This document shows, one piece after another, positions 21,396 to 30,733 of a stretch of 64,000 nt of DNA; within the stretch, counting starts at the first letter, position 1, and the number at the start of each line of letters is the position of its first letter. The stretch is from a virus. Lineage: Duplodnaviria > Caudoviricetes. Position numbers and translations under genes: made by a program. A model generated the notes under the pieces. It searched no databases. It had not been told where the DNA came from and was given only the letters and a program-made list of their open reading frames with translations. Where the stretch lies: positions 13,908 through 77,907 of IMG/VR virus record IMGVR_UViG_3300012933_000171. One strand, 5' to 3'.

Positions 21396-22768
21396 AATTA
21401 GTATATGATAACTGGACTACTGATGGGTTCCCATTACCCAACGGTCGCCATCCACTCATTAACAAACTATTGCGTCAAGATATCAAAGAAAATCACAGAG
21501 AGTCTTGGTCACATGCACAAAACTATCTTAGTGAAAAGATAGAAGGAAACGCTTTTCTTTATGACCACTCTAATTTCTGGAGTTACTTTAAAAGATTTAA
21601 TAACAAAACAGAGATTGTAAGCCCTAATCAAGTCACTGATGACAATTCAGTGTATGTATGGCCTATCGAAGTTCGCACTGGTTTACATGATACACCAAAG
21701 AGTCACACTTTAGTTATTAATGGAAAAACAGATAGATATTCACTAAAGGATACTATTAGTCCTGAGTTACTAAAACTAATGAAGTTGGGTAAAGTTAAGA
21801 TAGCAATCAACTATGCACACGACCCGGCTAACAACATGAGAGATATCAAGGAAATCGAAGACTATTTTTCTAATTTAGGTATCTTGGGATCCAATATCTT
21901 TCTTATTCCTGGAAACGATTGTTCCCGTGAGTACAAGTTAGCAAACCCTAAGGCTAAACTACATATCACCGCAACTAAATTATTAATGTGCCAGCAGCTT
22001 GCAGCAGAAATACAGTCATTTCCGTGTGTGACCTCTTTGGGATATGTATCAGATATTGTACGAGAGAGTGACTTAGACCAATCAGTAATAAGACCTAAAC
22101 GATTTTTGTGTTTTAATAGAACCATGCGCCCACATCGTTACATATTGGGTTATATGGCATTAAAATTAAATCTGTTAGATAATAGTATCTTTAGCTTTTT
22201 GAATAAGTTTGATTATAATGTCGAGTCAGTTCTTAATGAACTTGAAACCTTTGAGTTCAGTGATAGTAATGACTTTTCTAAGGCTCTACATGATTTGATT
22301 CCATACGAATTAGATACTCAGCATTTATCACAAAATGAACGTCAAGGATTTAACTCAGCTAACAGTAAACAATCTTGGTTCAAAGACACTTATCTTCATA
22401 TAACTAGTGAGACTAGGTTTATAGAAGGTGAGACACCGTTTGTATCAGAAAAGACTTGGAAACCAATTGCCAATCTTCAACCCTTTGTTATGGTTGGGAA
22501 TCATCATACTCTTAGTTATTTAAAAGAGTTAGGGTTCAAAACATTCAGTCCGTTTATTGATGAATCATATGACGAAATCACGGACTATAAACTTCGCATG
22601 AAGCATATCTATAGTGAAATCGAACGATTAAACAATATGCCAATACAAGAGCTACATGATTGGTATTACTCTATTAAAGATGTTCTATTACACAATCAAC
22701 AATTATTAATGACTATGAGTTCATTGAACCCATACGAAGAAACATTCACATACTTAAAAGGAAATTAA
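21380..22768 (+). CDS. Putative glycosyltransferase, paralog of 18786..20216
   Basis: FLCFNR..RPHR; SET...SEKTWKPIANLQPF...LGFKTFSPFIDESYD. Confidence 0.5.
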   Translation: MDRILKLVYDNWTTDGFPLPNGRHPLINKLLRQDIKENHRESWSHAQNYLSEKIEGNAFLYDHSNFWSYFKRFNNKTEIVSPNQVTDDNSVYVWPIEVRTGLHDTPKSHTLVINGKTDRYSLKDTISPELLKLMKLGKVKIAINYAHDPANNMRDIKEIEDYFSNLGILGSNIFLIPGNDCSREYKLANPKAKLHITATKLLMCQQLAAEIQSFPCVTSLGYVSDIVRESDLDQSVIRPKRFLCFNRTMRPHRYILGYMALKLNLLDNSIFSFLNKFDYNVESVLNELETFEFSDSNDFSKALHDLIPYELDTQHLSQNERQGFNSANSKQSWFKDTYLHITSETRFIEGETPFVSEKTWKPIANLQPFVMVGNHHTLSYLKELGFKTFSPFIDESYDEITDYKLRMKHIYSEIERLNNMPIQELHDWYYSIKDVLLHNQQLLMTMSSLNPYEETFTYLKGN

Positions 22769-23752
22769 ATGGAATTCAAAAACAAAACAGTAGTAATTAC
22801 TGGCGCTAATGGTTTAGTGGGTCTACCTACTGTAAAGAAGTGTTTAGCTGAGGGTGCATCTAAAGTGTACGCAGTAGACATTAAGATTGGTAATGAGTTA
22901 CTAGCACTTCAGAATGATAATCCTAACTTGGTTATCGTTAATAAAGACTTAACTTACTTAACTAACTGCGAAGATTTGTTTGCAGGGGAGAAGATTAACA
23001 TTGTACTCCATATTGCGGGTATTAAGGGTTCCCCCGCACGTAGTTCTAAGCAACCGTGCGATTATCTATTCCCCATGCTTATGTTTAATACAAACATGAT
23101 TAAGGCAGCGTTTGATGCCAAAGTTGATTGGTTTGTATATCTATCTAGTGTTGGAGTATATCAGCCAGCAGAATTAATGCGTGAAGACGATGTATGGGTC
23201 ACAACTCCTAGTAAGAACGATTGGTATCCTGGCTGGACAAAACGTATGGGTGAAGCTACACTAGAATCATTGACTGTACAGTACGGTTGGGATAACTGGA
23301 CAGTAATTCGTCCTAGCAATATCTACGGTACAAACGATAACTTTGCAGAAGATGCAACCGTTATTAGTACGAATATCTGGAAACTATACAATGTGCCCGG
23401 AGATGATATTGTATGCTGGGGTAACGGTTCTGCACGTAGAGACTTTGTATTCGGTGATGACGTTGCCCAAGCTACTATTGACGTAGTTAAGAAAGAAGTC
23501 AAAGACATTATTAACTACGGATGTGGAGAAGCAGTATCTATTAAAGAAACAATTGAAACAATTGTGGAAACATTTAAAGAAATATCCGGAAAACAGTTGA
23601 CAATTGTATGGGATGAGAGTAAAATGAACGGAGATCCTGTTCGCTGTTTAGATGGAACTCGCCAAGCAAAGTATGGCATTGTCCCTCAAACTACTCTTAA
23701 AGAGGGTATCAAGCGTTCAATGATTGCATACAAAGAAAGACTTGGCAAATGA
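22769..23752 (+). CDS. NAD-dependent sugar epimerase/reductase (GDP-fucose synthase-like extended SDR)
   Basis: TGANGLVG, RPSNIYG and WGNGSARRDF motifs. Confidence 0.85.
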   Translation: MEFKNKTVVITGANGLVGLPTVKKCLAEGASKVYAVDIKIGNELLALQNDNPNLVIVNKDLTYLTNCEDLFAGEKINIVLHIAGIKGSPARSSKQPCDYLFPMLMFNTNMIKAAFDAKVDWFVYLSSVGVYQPAELMREDDVWVTTPSKNDWYPGWTKRMGEATLESLTVQYGWDNWTVIRPSNIYGTNDNFAEDATVISTNIWKLYNVPGDDIVCWGNGSARRDFVFGDDVAQATIDVVKKEVKDIINYGCGEAVSIKETIETIVETFKEISGKQLTIVWDESKMNGDPVRCLDGTRQAKYGIVPQTTLKEGIKRSMIAYKERLGK

Positions 23753-24741
23753 AAAAGACAGACAGAATATTAGTAACAGGTGCAAGTGGATTTATTGGAT
23801 CCAACATATTGCGTGTGTTATATCAGCAAGGTTTTACGAACCTAGTAGCAAATTCAATGACTCGTGACTTGCGAAACGATTTTCCCGGTTGTGAAACTAT
23901 TAAACTAGTTAAGGGTGATTTAAACAGTGAGGCATTTTGCAAGAGCCTCACTGAGGGCATCGATGTTGTAATTCATGGTGCAGCTAACACAAGCAATGCA
24001 CTAGATACTAAGTTTAATCCATTACTACATGTCACTCCTAACGTGACAATGAACACTATTTTAATGGAACAATCTTGGATTAATAAAGTACGCAAGTTTA
24101 TCTTTATTAGTACAGCTAACGTTAACGGAGACTTGGGTGAAGTTTATGCTGTAGAAGATCCAAACTTTATGAATATGCCCCTAGTTCCTGTATATAAAGC
24201 AGTTGGGGCTATGAAAAGATTTGGAGAAATGATGTGCGATTTCTTTAGTAATCAAATTCATGACCCAATGCAGTGTATTATTATTCGTCCTAGCAATGCG
24301 TTCGGACCTAATGACAAGTATGACTTTGAAAAATGTCACGTTACCCCTGCAAATATTCGCAAAGTGGCAGACGGATTAAACCCCATCCCAGTATGGGGTG
24401 ACGGTACTGAGATTCGTGACGTACTACATGCTGACGATATGGCTGGTGGCATTGTCTATGTTGCAGAACACGTTGACAAATACGATATCTATAACGTTAG
24501 TTACGGAGAAGGTTTCAGTGTGAATCAATTGCTTGAGTGGATGAAAGAAGCAGATAATAACACTAACCCAATTGAATACGTGAATAACAGAGCGCCCATG
24601 ATTCCTGTTCGATTAGTTTCTAATGAGAAATTAAAACAATTGGGCTGGAAGCCAAAGCGTGAGATTAAAGAAGCATTGAAAGATACTATTGAATGGTATC
24701 GCTCACACAAAGACCAATTTGATCCTAATTCTAAGCCATGA
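23749..24741 (+). CDS. NAD-dependent sugar epimerase/reductase (GDP-fucose synthase-like extended SDR)
   Basis: TGASGFIG, RPSNAFGP, HVTPA and WGDGTEIRD motifs. Confidence 0.85.
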   Translation: MKKTDRILVTGASGFIGSNILRVLYQQGFTNLVANSMTRDLRNDFPGCETIKLVKGDLNSEAFCKSLTEGIDVVIHGAANTSNALDTKFNPLLHVTPNVTMNTILMEQSWINKVRKFIFISTANVNGDLGEVYAVEDPNFMNMPLVPVYKAVGAMKRFGEMMCDFFSNQIHDPMQCIIIRPSNAFGPNDKYDFEKCHVTPANIRKVADGLNPIPVWGDGTEIRDVLHADDMAGGIVYVAEHVDKYDIYNVSYGEGFSVNQLLEWMKEADNNTNPIEYVNNRAPMIPVRLVSNEKLKQLGWKPKREIKEALKDTIEWYRSHKDQFDPNSKP

Positions 24742-25676
24742 GTAAAGTTTTAATTACCGGGGGAGCAGGATATCTTGGCTCCACACTAGCAGAATATCTA
24801 TTAATTAATGGATACGAAGTCACAATATTAGACAATCTAATGTACAAGCAATTGTCAGTACTACACTTGTTCAAACGTGATAAGTTTAAGTTCATTAAGG
24901 GTGACGTTAGAAACACTACAATGTTGCAGAAACTAGTAGAACAGCATGACGTTATTATCCCCTTAGCAGCTATTGTGGGTATGCCCGCGTGTAGAGATAA
25001 CCCTCAACTAGCAATTGACGTTAACTATATTCACATTAAGAACATTGTAGACGTATTACGTGATGACCAGAAACTAATCATCCCTAATACTAATAGTCAA
25101 TATGGCTCTAGCCCGGATATCATCACAGAAGAATCACCATTTAAACCATTGAGTTTATATGCTGAAACCAAGTGCAACGCAGAAGCATGTGTGCTACAAA
25201 AGGGTAACGGCGTTGTATTACGTTTAGCTACTGTATTCGGAGTAAGCCCAAGAATGCGTCAAGACTTACTGGTAAACGACTTTACTTACAAAGCAGTGAC
25301 AGATGGTTATCTAGTTTTATTTGAGGGTCACTTCAAGCGTAACTATATACATGTACAGGATATTGCTAGAACCTTTCAGTTCATCATTGAAAACTATGAA
25401 CAGTGTAGAGGTGAAGTATATAATGTGGGACTATCTAGTGCTAACTTGAGCAAACTTGAGTTAGCTCAGACGATTAAGAAGTATATTCCAAAATTAGTTA
25501 TTAAAGAGGATGAATTTAATAAAGACTTTGACCAGCGTAATTATATTGTCTCTAACGAGAAATTAGAGAGTTTGGGATGGAGTCCTAGATTTGATATTGA
25601 TTATGGGGTCAAGCAACTAATTGAAAGCTATCAGTTAATCACAACAGTAAACAACACAAATTTCACAAACCTATGA
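24738..25676 (+). CDS. NAD-dependent sugar epimerase/dehydratase (extended SDR)
   Basis: TGGAGYLG, catalytic YAETK, RLATVFGVSPRMR. Confidence 0.9.
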   Translation: MSKVLITGGAGYLGSTLAEYLLINGYEVTILDNLMYKQLSVLHLFKRDKFKFIKGDVRNTTMLQKLVEQHDVIIPLAAIVGMPACRDNPQLAIDVNYIHIKNIVDVLRDDQKLIIPNTNSQYGSSPDIITEESPFKPLSLYAETKCNAEACVLQKGNGVVLRLATVFGVSPRMRQDLLVNDFTYKAVTDGYLVLFEGHFKRNYIHVQDIARTFQFIIENYEQCRGEVYNVGLSSANLSKLELAQTIKKYIPKLVIKEDEFNKDFDQRNYIVSNEKLESLGWSPRFDIDYGVKQLIESYQLITTVNNTNFTNL

Positions 25677-26134
25677 GCAAAAACAAACAACCAAAACAAC
25701 GTAGATACATTCAGACATTGAGCGAATTGATTGACCGTCTTTCAATCGTTCAATTAAAAGAAGTGTTTATTTCAGAGCATAAAGAGATGTATGCACAGGA
25801 GATTAGCGATATCGTACATGATATTCAGATTATCCTAGACGAATCTGACGCAGTATTAGATGCTGAAACTATCCGTGCTATTATTGTATGCTCACAGATG
25901 AACTTACATATCTGGCACAACGAGAGTAATTACCGTCGTGGTATCAAAGATGGAAACAACTTAGAACTAACACACGGATTGAACGGTATTCGTAATACTA
26001 GTAAGAACATTATCCAAGAAGTTATTGGTGGGCGTAAAGATTATAAAGTAGACTGCTTAGCCGCAGACTTTAAAGACTGGGAAATCAGTTGGAATCGTGA
26101 CGTATCTAAAGATAACAAGCCATCAACACCATGA
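25673..26134 (+). CDS. Helical hypothetical protein (DUF4254/DUF6165-like) in the glyco locus
   Basis: TLSELIDRLSI...IWHNE pattern. Confidence 0.45.
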   Translation: MSKNKQPKQRRYIQTLSELIDRLSIVQLKEVFISEHKEMYAQEISDIVHDIQIILDESDAVLDAETIRAIIVCSQMNLHIWHNESNYRRGIKDGNNLELTHGLNGIRNTSKNIIQEVIGGRKDYKVDCLAADFKDWEISWNRDVSKDNKPSTP

Positions 26135-26670
26135 CTAAACCACAAACTACCCTGTACAAGGACGAATTGACACGAGCAATGACGTTCTTGGGACAACAAG
26201 ATAACACAATCTTTATTGGACAACAGATTGTCTATGCAGGAAACCCTATGAGTACTACACTTACTGAGGTTTCTAAAGACAAGATGATTGAATTACCCGT
26301 CATGGAAGAAACACAAATGGGTATGAGTCTGGGATTAGCAATGGTGGGTAAGACTGTTATTAGCTTTTACCCACGTTGGGACTTTATTATCTCAGCAACT
26401 AATCAAATGGTTAATCACTTAGACAAGTATGAATCAATGACTGGTAAACAAGCTAATGTCATTGTTCGTTTGGGTAAAGGTTCTGACACCCCGTTAGATC
26501 CGGGCGTACAACACAAGAATAGTTATTTGGATGAGTTTAAGTCTATGTGTAAGAACATTACATTCCATGACTTACAAACGTCCGAAAACATTTACGAAAC
26601 TTATATTAATGCGTATAATCAAGGTGGAGTTCACGTTATTGTAGAATATCCACAAAAGTATTTTGAATAA
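26131..26670 (+). CDS. ThDP-dependent E1 beta/transketolase pyrimidine-binding-like subunit
   Basis: ELPVMEETQMGMSLGLA, NQMVNH and GVQH motifs. Confidence 0.85.
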   Translation: MTKPQTTLYKDELTRAMTFLGQQDNTIFIGQQIVYAGNPMSTTLTEVSKDKMIELPVMEETQMGMSLGLAMVGKTVISFYPRWDFIISATNQMVNHLDKYESMTGKQANVIVRLGKGSDTPLDPGVQHKNSYLDEFKSMCKNITFHDLQTSENIYETYINAYNQGGVHVIVEYPQKYFE

Positions 26671-26774
26671 TGTTTAAAAAACTATACGATTTAACAATCG
26701 GGAAATTGATAAAAGAGTACCGATATCGTAAACGCTTGAAAGAGTTACGGGGACGAGATCCCTTTATCTATTAA
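26670..26774 (+). CDS. 34-aa peptide (MFKKLYDLTIGKLIKEYRYRKRLKELRGRDPFIY)
   Basis: TAATG coupling to the upstream stop; ends 1 nt before the carbamoyltransferase ATG. Confidence 0.65.
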   Translation: MFKKLYDLTIGKLIKEYRYRKRLKELRGRDPFIY

Positions 26775-26775
26775 T

Positions 26776-28266
26776 ATGAATTATATTGGTATCAGTTGCG
26801 GGTTTCACGATGCCGCAATATCCGTCGTCAGTGACAAGGGTGAAGTACTATTTGCTGACCATTCAGAACGTCATAGTAAAATCAAGCACGACAAAGAGTT
26901 GTGTGAAGGTTTAATACAAGAAGCATTGAAACACGCAGGTAGTGACTATGAACTTCACTTCTATGAAAGACCAGTAAAGAAGTTCTTGCGTAGACTACGT
27001 GCAGGGGAGAAACCCTCACTATCTTCAATGTTCACTTGTATGAATATTGGATTAAAGAATACCAAACTGTTACGTAACGGTAAGTATCGTACTCTACACA
27101 CGCATGACCATCACAAGACTCATGCGGCATCAGGGTTTCAAACTAGCCCCTACGATGATGCAACTGTAGTAGTGATTGATAGTATCGGAGAGTTTGAAAC
27201 TATCACTATATGGGATGCTACATACGTTAATGGCATCGCACAGTATAAGAAGATATATAGTCAGACATATCCTGATTCAATTGGATTGTTCTATAGTGCT
27301 ATGACTAAACGTGTAGGACTCAAGCCCCTAGATGAAGAATATATCTTAATGGGTATGAGTGCTTATGGCAACCCAACACATGCATCCAAAATGTATAGCG
27401 ACTTTATCGAAGATGCAGTAGAATTAAAGTTTAGAGAGAACTTGCATGTTGGTGTACCTGATGATTATCTAGAGGGTGCCGATATTATGGATATTGCTAA
27501 TTCTAGTCAACTGGTAGTTGAGCATTTGATTGACAAAGTAATATTAAAAGCTAGACTATTAGGTAAGAGCAAGAACCTAGTATATAGTGGTGGAGTAGCA
27601 TTAAATTGTCTTGCTAACAGAAACTTAGGGAAATACTTTGAACAAATATGGATTATGCCTAATCCCGGTGATGCTGGGAGTAGCCTTGGCGCTGCCTGTC
27701 TGGCTTATGGGGGTAAAGTTAACTGGAACAATAGTTATCTTGGGTTTGATATTCATGGTGATTATCCTGTTGATGACTTACTTAATGAGTTGCTTACTAC
27801 ACAAATTGTGGGAGTGGCTTCCGGGCGAGCCGAATTCGGACCTAGGAGTCTTGGAAACCGCTCGTTACTTGCTGACCCCAGAAGAAAAGAAATCAAGGAA
27901 AAAGTAAATGACATTAAACGTAGACAACAATATAGACCCTTTGCGCCAGTTATTCTGGAAGAGTTGGTTCATCAGCATTTTATCATGCCTAGTAATTGGG
28001 ATAACAGTCGGTATATGCAAGTCGTCAGTACTTGCAGGCATCCTGACTTATTTCCTGCTATCGTTCATCATGACGGGACTAGTCGTGTCCAAACTGTCCC
28101 GAACGACGGATCGGGAATAAGAAAACTCTTAGAAGCATGGTATAAAGAAACGGGCTGTCCTATGTTACTTAACACAAGTTTGAACATTAGAGGTGAGCCA
28201 ATGGTTAACGATAGATATGATGCAGATAGATTTGAAACTATGTACGGAGTGAAAGTTTGTAGCTAA
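26776..28266 (+). CDS. O-carbamoyltransferase (NodU/CmcH/TobZ family)
   Basis: HDAA, HHKTHAAS, SGGVALNC, EFGPRSLGNRSLLADP, RPFAP and LLNTSLN motifs. Confidence 0.93.
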   Translation: MNYIGISCGFHDAAISVVSDKGEVLFADHSERHSKIKHDKELCEGLIQEALKHAGSDYELHFYERPVKKFLRRLRAGEKPSLSSMFTCMNIGLKNTKLLRNGKYRTLHTHDHHKTHAASGFQTSPYDDATVVVIDSIGEFETITIWDATYVNGIAQYKKIYSQTYPDSIGLFYSAMTKRVGLKPLDEEYILMGMSAYGNPTHASKMYSDFIEDAVELKFRENLHVGVPDDYLEGADIMDIANSSQLVVEHLIDKVILKARLLGKSKNLVYSGGVALNCLANRNLGKYFEQIWIMPNPGDAGSSLGAACLAYGGKVNWNNSYLGFDIHGDYPVDDLLNELLTTQIVGVASGRAEFGPRSLGNRSLLADPRRKEIKEKVNDIKRRQQYRPFAPVILEELVHQHFIMPSNWDNSRYMQVVSTCRHPDLFPAIVHHDGTSRVQTVPNDGSGIRKLLEAWYKETGCPMLLNTSLNIRGEPMVNDRYDADRFETMYGVKVCS

Positions 28267-30002
28267 TGGATATTCAACGTAGAATAGAATTATTTAAACA
28301 AGGTTATTGGGAAGTTCCTGATAACCTTGATACCACTCACTTCGATTTTAATTGGAGACCTGATCCTTATGATAGACCCTATATCCACCAATTTGGTACT
28401 CAATGGCAAAAGACCGGAGGTCCACGATTCATTATTCCAGAGAATGAAGGAATCAAGTATCAATCACATCAACACGCTATTAGACTGGCTCAGCCAAACG
28501 AGCGCAACTGGCGCCCCCTTAAAGCGAATGTTAGCATGGATTATAGTTGGCATCCTGATGATACCGAGCCTCCCTTTATATATGTTTTTGGAAATCAGTG
28601 GTATGATGTTCACACTATGCCTACGATTCAGTACCGTGTTAAAGGTGCTACTGAGAAAAAGTATATCACGGACATCAGAGCAAAATTGGACCCATGTATG
28701 GACAGATGGGAGTCGCCGGACGATATTGGAGACTTTGACTACAGCTGGGAACCGCATCCTGATGAACCACCATTCATCTGGCAGTTCGGCACTCAATGGC
28801 AAAAGAACGGCGGTCCCAAGTATAAGGCTGAAAATGCGACCGTAGTGAAATACTCAGATGTCCAACGTGCAACTAAACTACCCAATAAAGATAATCGCAA
28901 TTGGAGAATAATCGAACCCATTGATATAGAGAGTTTTGATTTTTCTTGGCATCCTGATGATACAGAAGAACCATACAGATATATCTTTGGTAACGAGTAT
29001 CATTCAAGTAAGATTATGCCAACAGTAATGTATAAAGTTTCCGGAGCAAGTTCTGTGAAACACATTACAGACATTAACGCAAAACTCTTAGTCGATAAAG
29101 TATCATTTGTAGATTCTATCTATGATGCAGTTATGGAACATCGATTTGATACAGGATATGTACATTTTCAGAATAGCCAGCATCCAACAGACTACAAGAT
29201 GTTTATCCCTAACTATGAGAATGAAAAACAATATATTCACATCATAGACAACAACGCAGCAATCGTTCCAAAAGGAATCAAACATACTTTATATGACAAG
29301 TTGACAGATTATCCTTATATTAAGCATGATTGCAGTACATATGAAAAGCCACTAGACATTATCTTCTTTAGTAACGGAGAAACTTGTGCAGAAGAAAACT
29401 ATCAACGTTTAGTTGATATGAACTTACCTAATCGTTTAGTAAGAGTTGATGGAGTTAACGGTCGTGTAGCTAGTCAACATGCCGCAGCGAATAGCAGCGA
29501 AACACCGTGGTACTTCTTAGTCAATGCAAAGTTAAGAGTTGACGAATCATTTGACTTTAGTTGGCAACCCGACATTATGAAGTCACGTAGACATTATATC
29601 TTTAGAGCAAAGAATCCTATCAACGGATTAGTCTATGGACATATGGCTATGGTCGCTAACAATAAGAAACTTACACTAGAGACTACGGGTAATGGACTTG
29701 ACTTTACAATGGAAAGAGCCCATGAAGTTGTAGATATATTGTCTGGCGAAGCTGTGTTTAACAGTGAATGGGATATATGGCGCACTAGCTTTAGAGAATG
29801 TATTAAGCTGTGTAACGCAACCGACGAACAATCTAAAGAACGTTTACATATATGGACAACTGTTGCTTCTGGTCCGTTTGCCCAAAGTTGTTTACAGGGT
29901 GCTAAGGATGCAGTAGAATACTATGAATCAGTCAACGGAGACTTTGAAAAACTCAAATTATCCTATGATTGGGCATGGTTAAGAGAGAAATTCAATAAAT
30001 AA
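28266..30002 (+). CDS. Glycosyltransferase-like protein with N-terminal Trp/Pro repeats
   Basis: Four (F/Y)(S/N)W.P....P(Y/F)I..FG repeats; C-terminal domain paralogous to 16448..17395. Confidence 0.6.
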   Translation: MDIQRRIELFKQGYWEVPDNLDTTHFDFNWRPDPYDRPYIHQFGTQWQKTGGPRFIIPENEGIKYQSHQHAIRLAQPNERNWRPLKANVSMDYSWHPDDTEPPFIYVFGNQWYDVHTMPTIQYRVKGATEKKYITDIRAKLDPCMDRWESPDDIGDFDYSWEPHPDEPPFIWQFGTQWQKNGGPKYKAENATVVKYSDVQRATKLPNKDNRNWRIIEPIDIESFDFSWHPDDTEEPYRYIFGNEYHSSKIMPTVMYKVSGASSVKHITDINAKLLVDKVSFVDSIYDAVMEHRFDTGYVHFQNSQHPTDYKMFIPNYENEKQYIHIIDNNAAIVPKGIKHTLYDKLTDYPYIKHDCSTYEKPLDIIFFSNGETCAEENYQRLVDMNLPNRLVRVDGVNGRVASQHAAANSSETPWYFLVNAKLRVDESFDFSWQPDIMKSRRHYIFRAKNPINGLVYGHMAMVANNKKLTLETTGNGLDFTMERAHEVVDILSGEAVFNSEWDIWRTSFRECIKLCNATDEQSKERLHIWTTVASGPFAQSCLQGAKDAVEYYESVNGDFEKLKLSYDWAWLREKFNK

Positions 30003-30006
30003 GTAC

Positions 30007-30102
30007 ATGACGTACTTATTTTGGATAGTCATCGCAGGATTAGTTGGTGGAGCCATCTATTGGATAATGGATTGGAAGAAGCAATTTCCTGACGGTGAAT
30101 GA
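30007..30102 (+). CDS. 31-aa single-TM membrane peptide (MTYLFWIVIAGLVGGAIYWIMDWKKQFPDGE)
   Basis: ATG 5 nt after TAAATA; hydrophobic stretch followed by KK. Confidence 0.5.
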   Translation: MTYLFWIVIAGLVGGAIYWIMDWKKQFPDGE

Positions 30103-30106
30103 TTAT

Positions 30107-30480
30107 TGCTGTATGAAGCGGATAGAAAAGTGTTCTGGACGCGGGTTCGACTCCCGCCAGGTCCACCATAAAGCATACTAGTCGGCGACTAAGCGTATTG
30201 CACGGTCTCTTCGGAGTGAAAGGGTCAGTGGTTCGATTCCACATAGTGTGTTTTATAATGGGCCTGTCATGGTTTCGACAGGGCAACAAGTAAGTAAGTG
30301 GACAGCACGGGAATGTGAAACCCGTAGGATTGGGGGTAAGAGTACAGTAATGTCATGTCAATATGATATCAGTATTTCCCGGTCGCAGAAGCAAAAAACT
30401 TAAATGCAAATGACGAAAGTTACGCATTGGCCGCTTGATAAAAGCGTCCTGGGGTAAGACATACCTCGCAACAGAAACTC
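30107..30480 (+). ncRNA. ssrA: Circularly permuted (two-piece) tmRNA, tag ANDESYALAA
   Basis: The 3' acceptor part GACGCGGGTTCGACTCCCGCCAGGTCCACCA ends at 30168, upstream of the 5' part GGGCCTG starting at 30260. The acceptor stem has G3-U70. Helix-2 pairs are CAGGGCA/TGTTCTG and ACAGCA/TGCTGT. The tag frame is 30406-30438. Outer ends are approximate. Confidence 0.93.
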
Positions 30481-30510
30481 AGAAAAGGCTCTTCGGAGCC
30501 TTTTTCTTTG
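30481..30510 (+). terminator. Intrinsic terminator after the tmRNA
   Basis: AAAAGGCTC-TTCG-GAGCCTTTT then T-rich tail. Confidence 0.9.
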
Positions 30511-30555
30511 TCAACGTAATGTAAGGCAAAGGCGTTGTATATATAAGGAGCTTAT

Positions 30556-30690
30556 ATGCAACTAACTAAACCCAAAGAACATTCCGACGACAAGCCTAGC
30601 AAGTACGAGACAATTTTTCTAATTAGAACTTGCTCACGAGGTTGCCCTAATTGCGACAAGAAACGCATAGGAACATGTCAGTGTAAGTAA
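30556..30690 (+). CDS. 44-aa Cys-rich peptide (…CSRGCPNCDKKRIGTCQCK)
   Basis: AAGGAG RBS; five Cys in the C-terminal half. Confidence 0.55.
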   Translation: MQLTKPKEHSDDKPSKYETIFLIRTCSRGCPNCDKKRIGTCQCK

Positions 30691-30733
30691 CCTTTTTTGT
30701 TGCACTAGTCCTAGAATAATATATACTAGCACT

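Noticed and set aside
20769-26670. Central-metabolism pyruvate dehydrogenase
   Set aside because: The subunits are short, E2/E3 are absent, and they sit among nucleotide-sugar genes.
30173-30251. Functional tRNA inside the tmRNA spacer
   Set aside because: A T-loop is present but there is no convincing D or anticodon arm and no CCA. Kept only as a structured-spacer finding.
30029-30289. 86-aa minus-strand ORF (…VDLAGVEPAS…)
   Set aside because: It is the antisense shadow of the tmRNA acceptor/T-arm.
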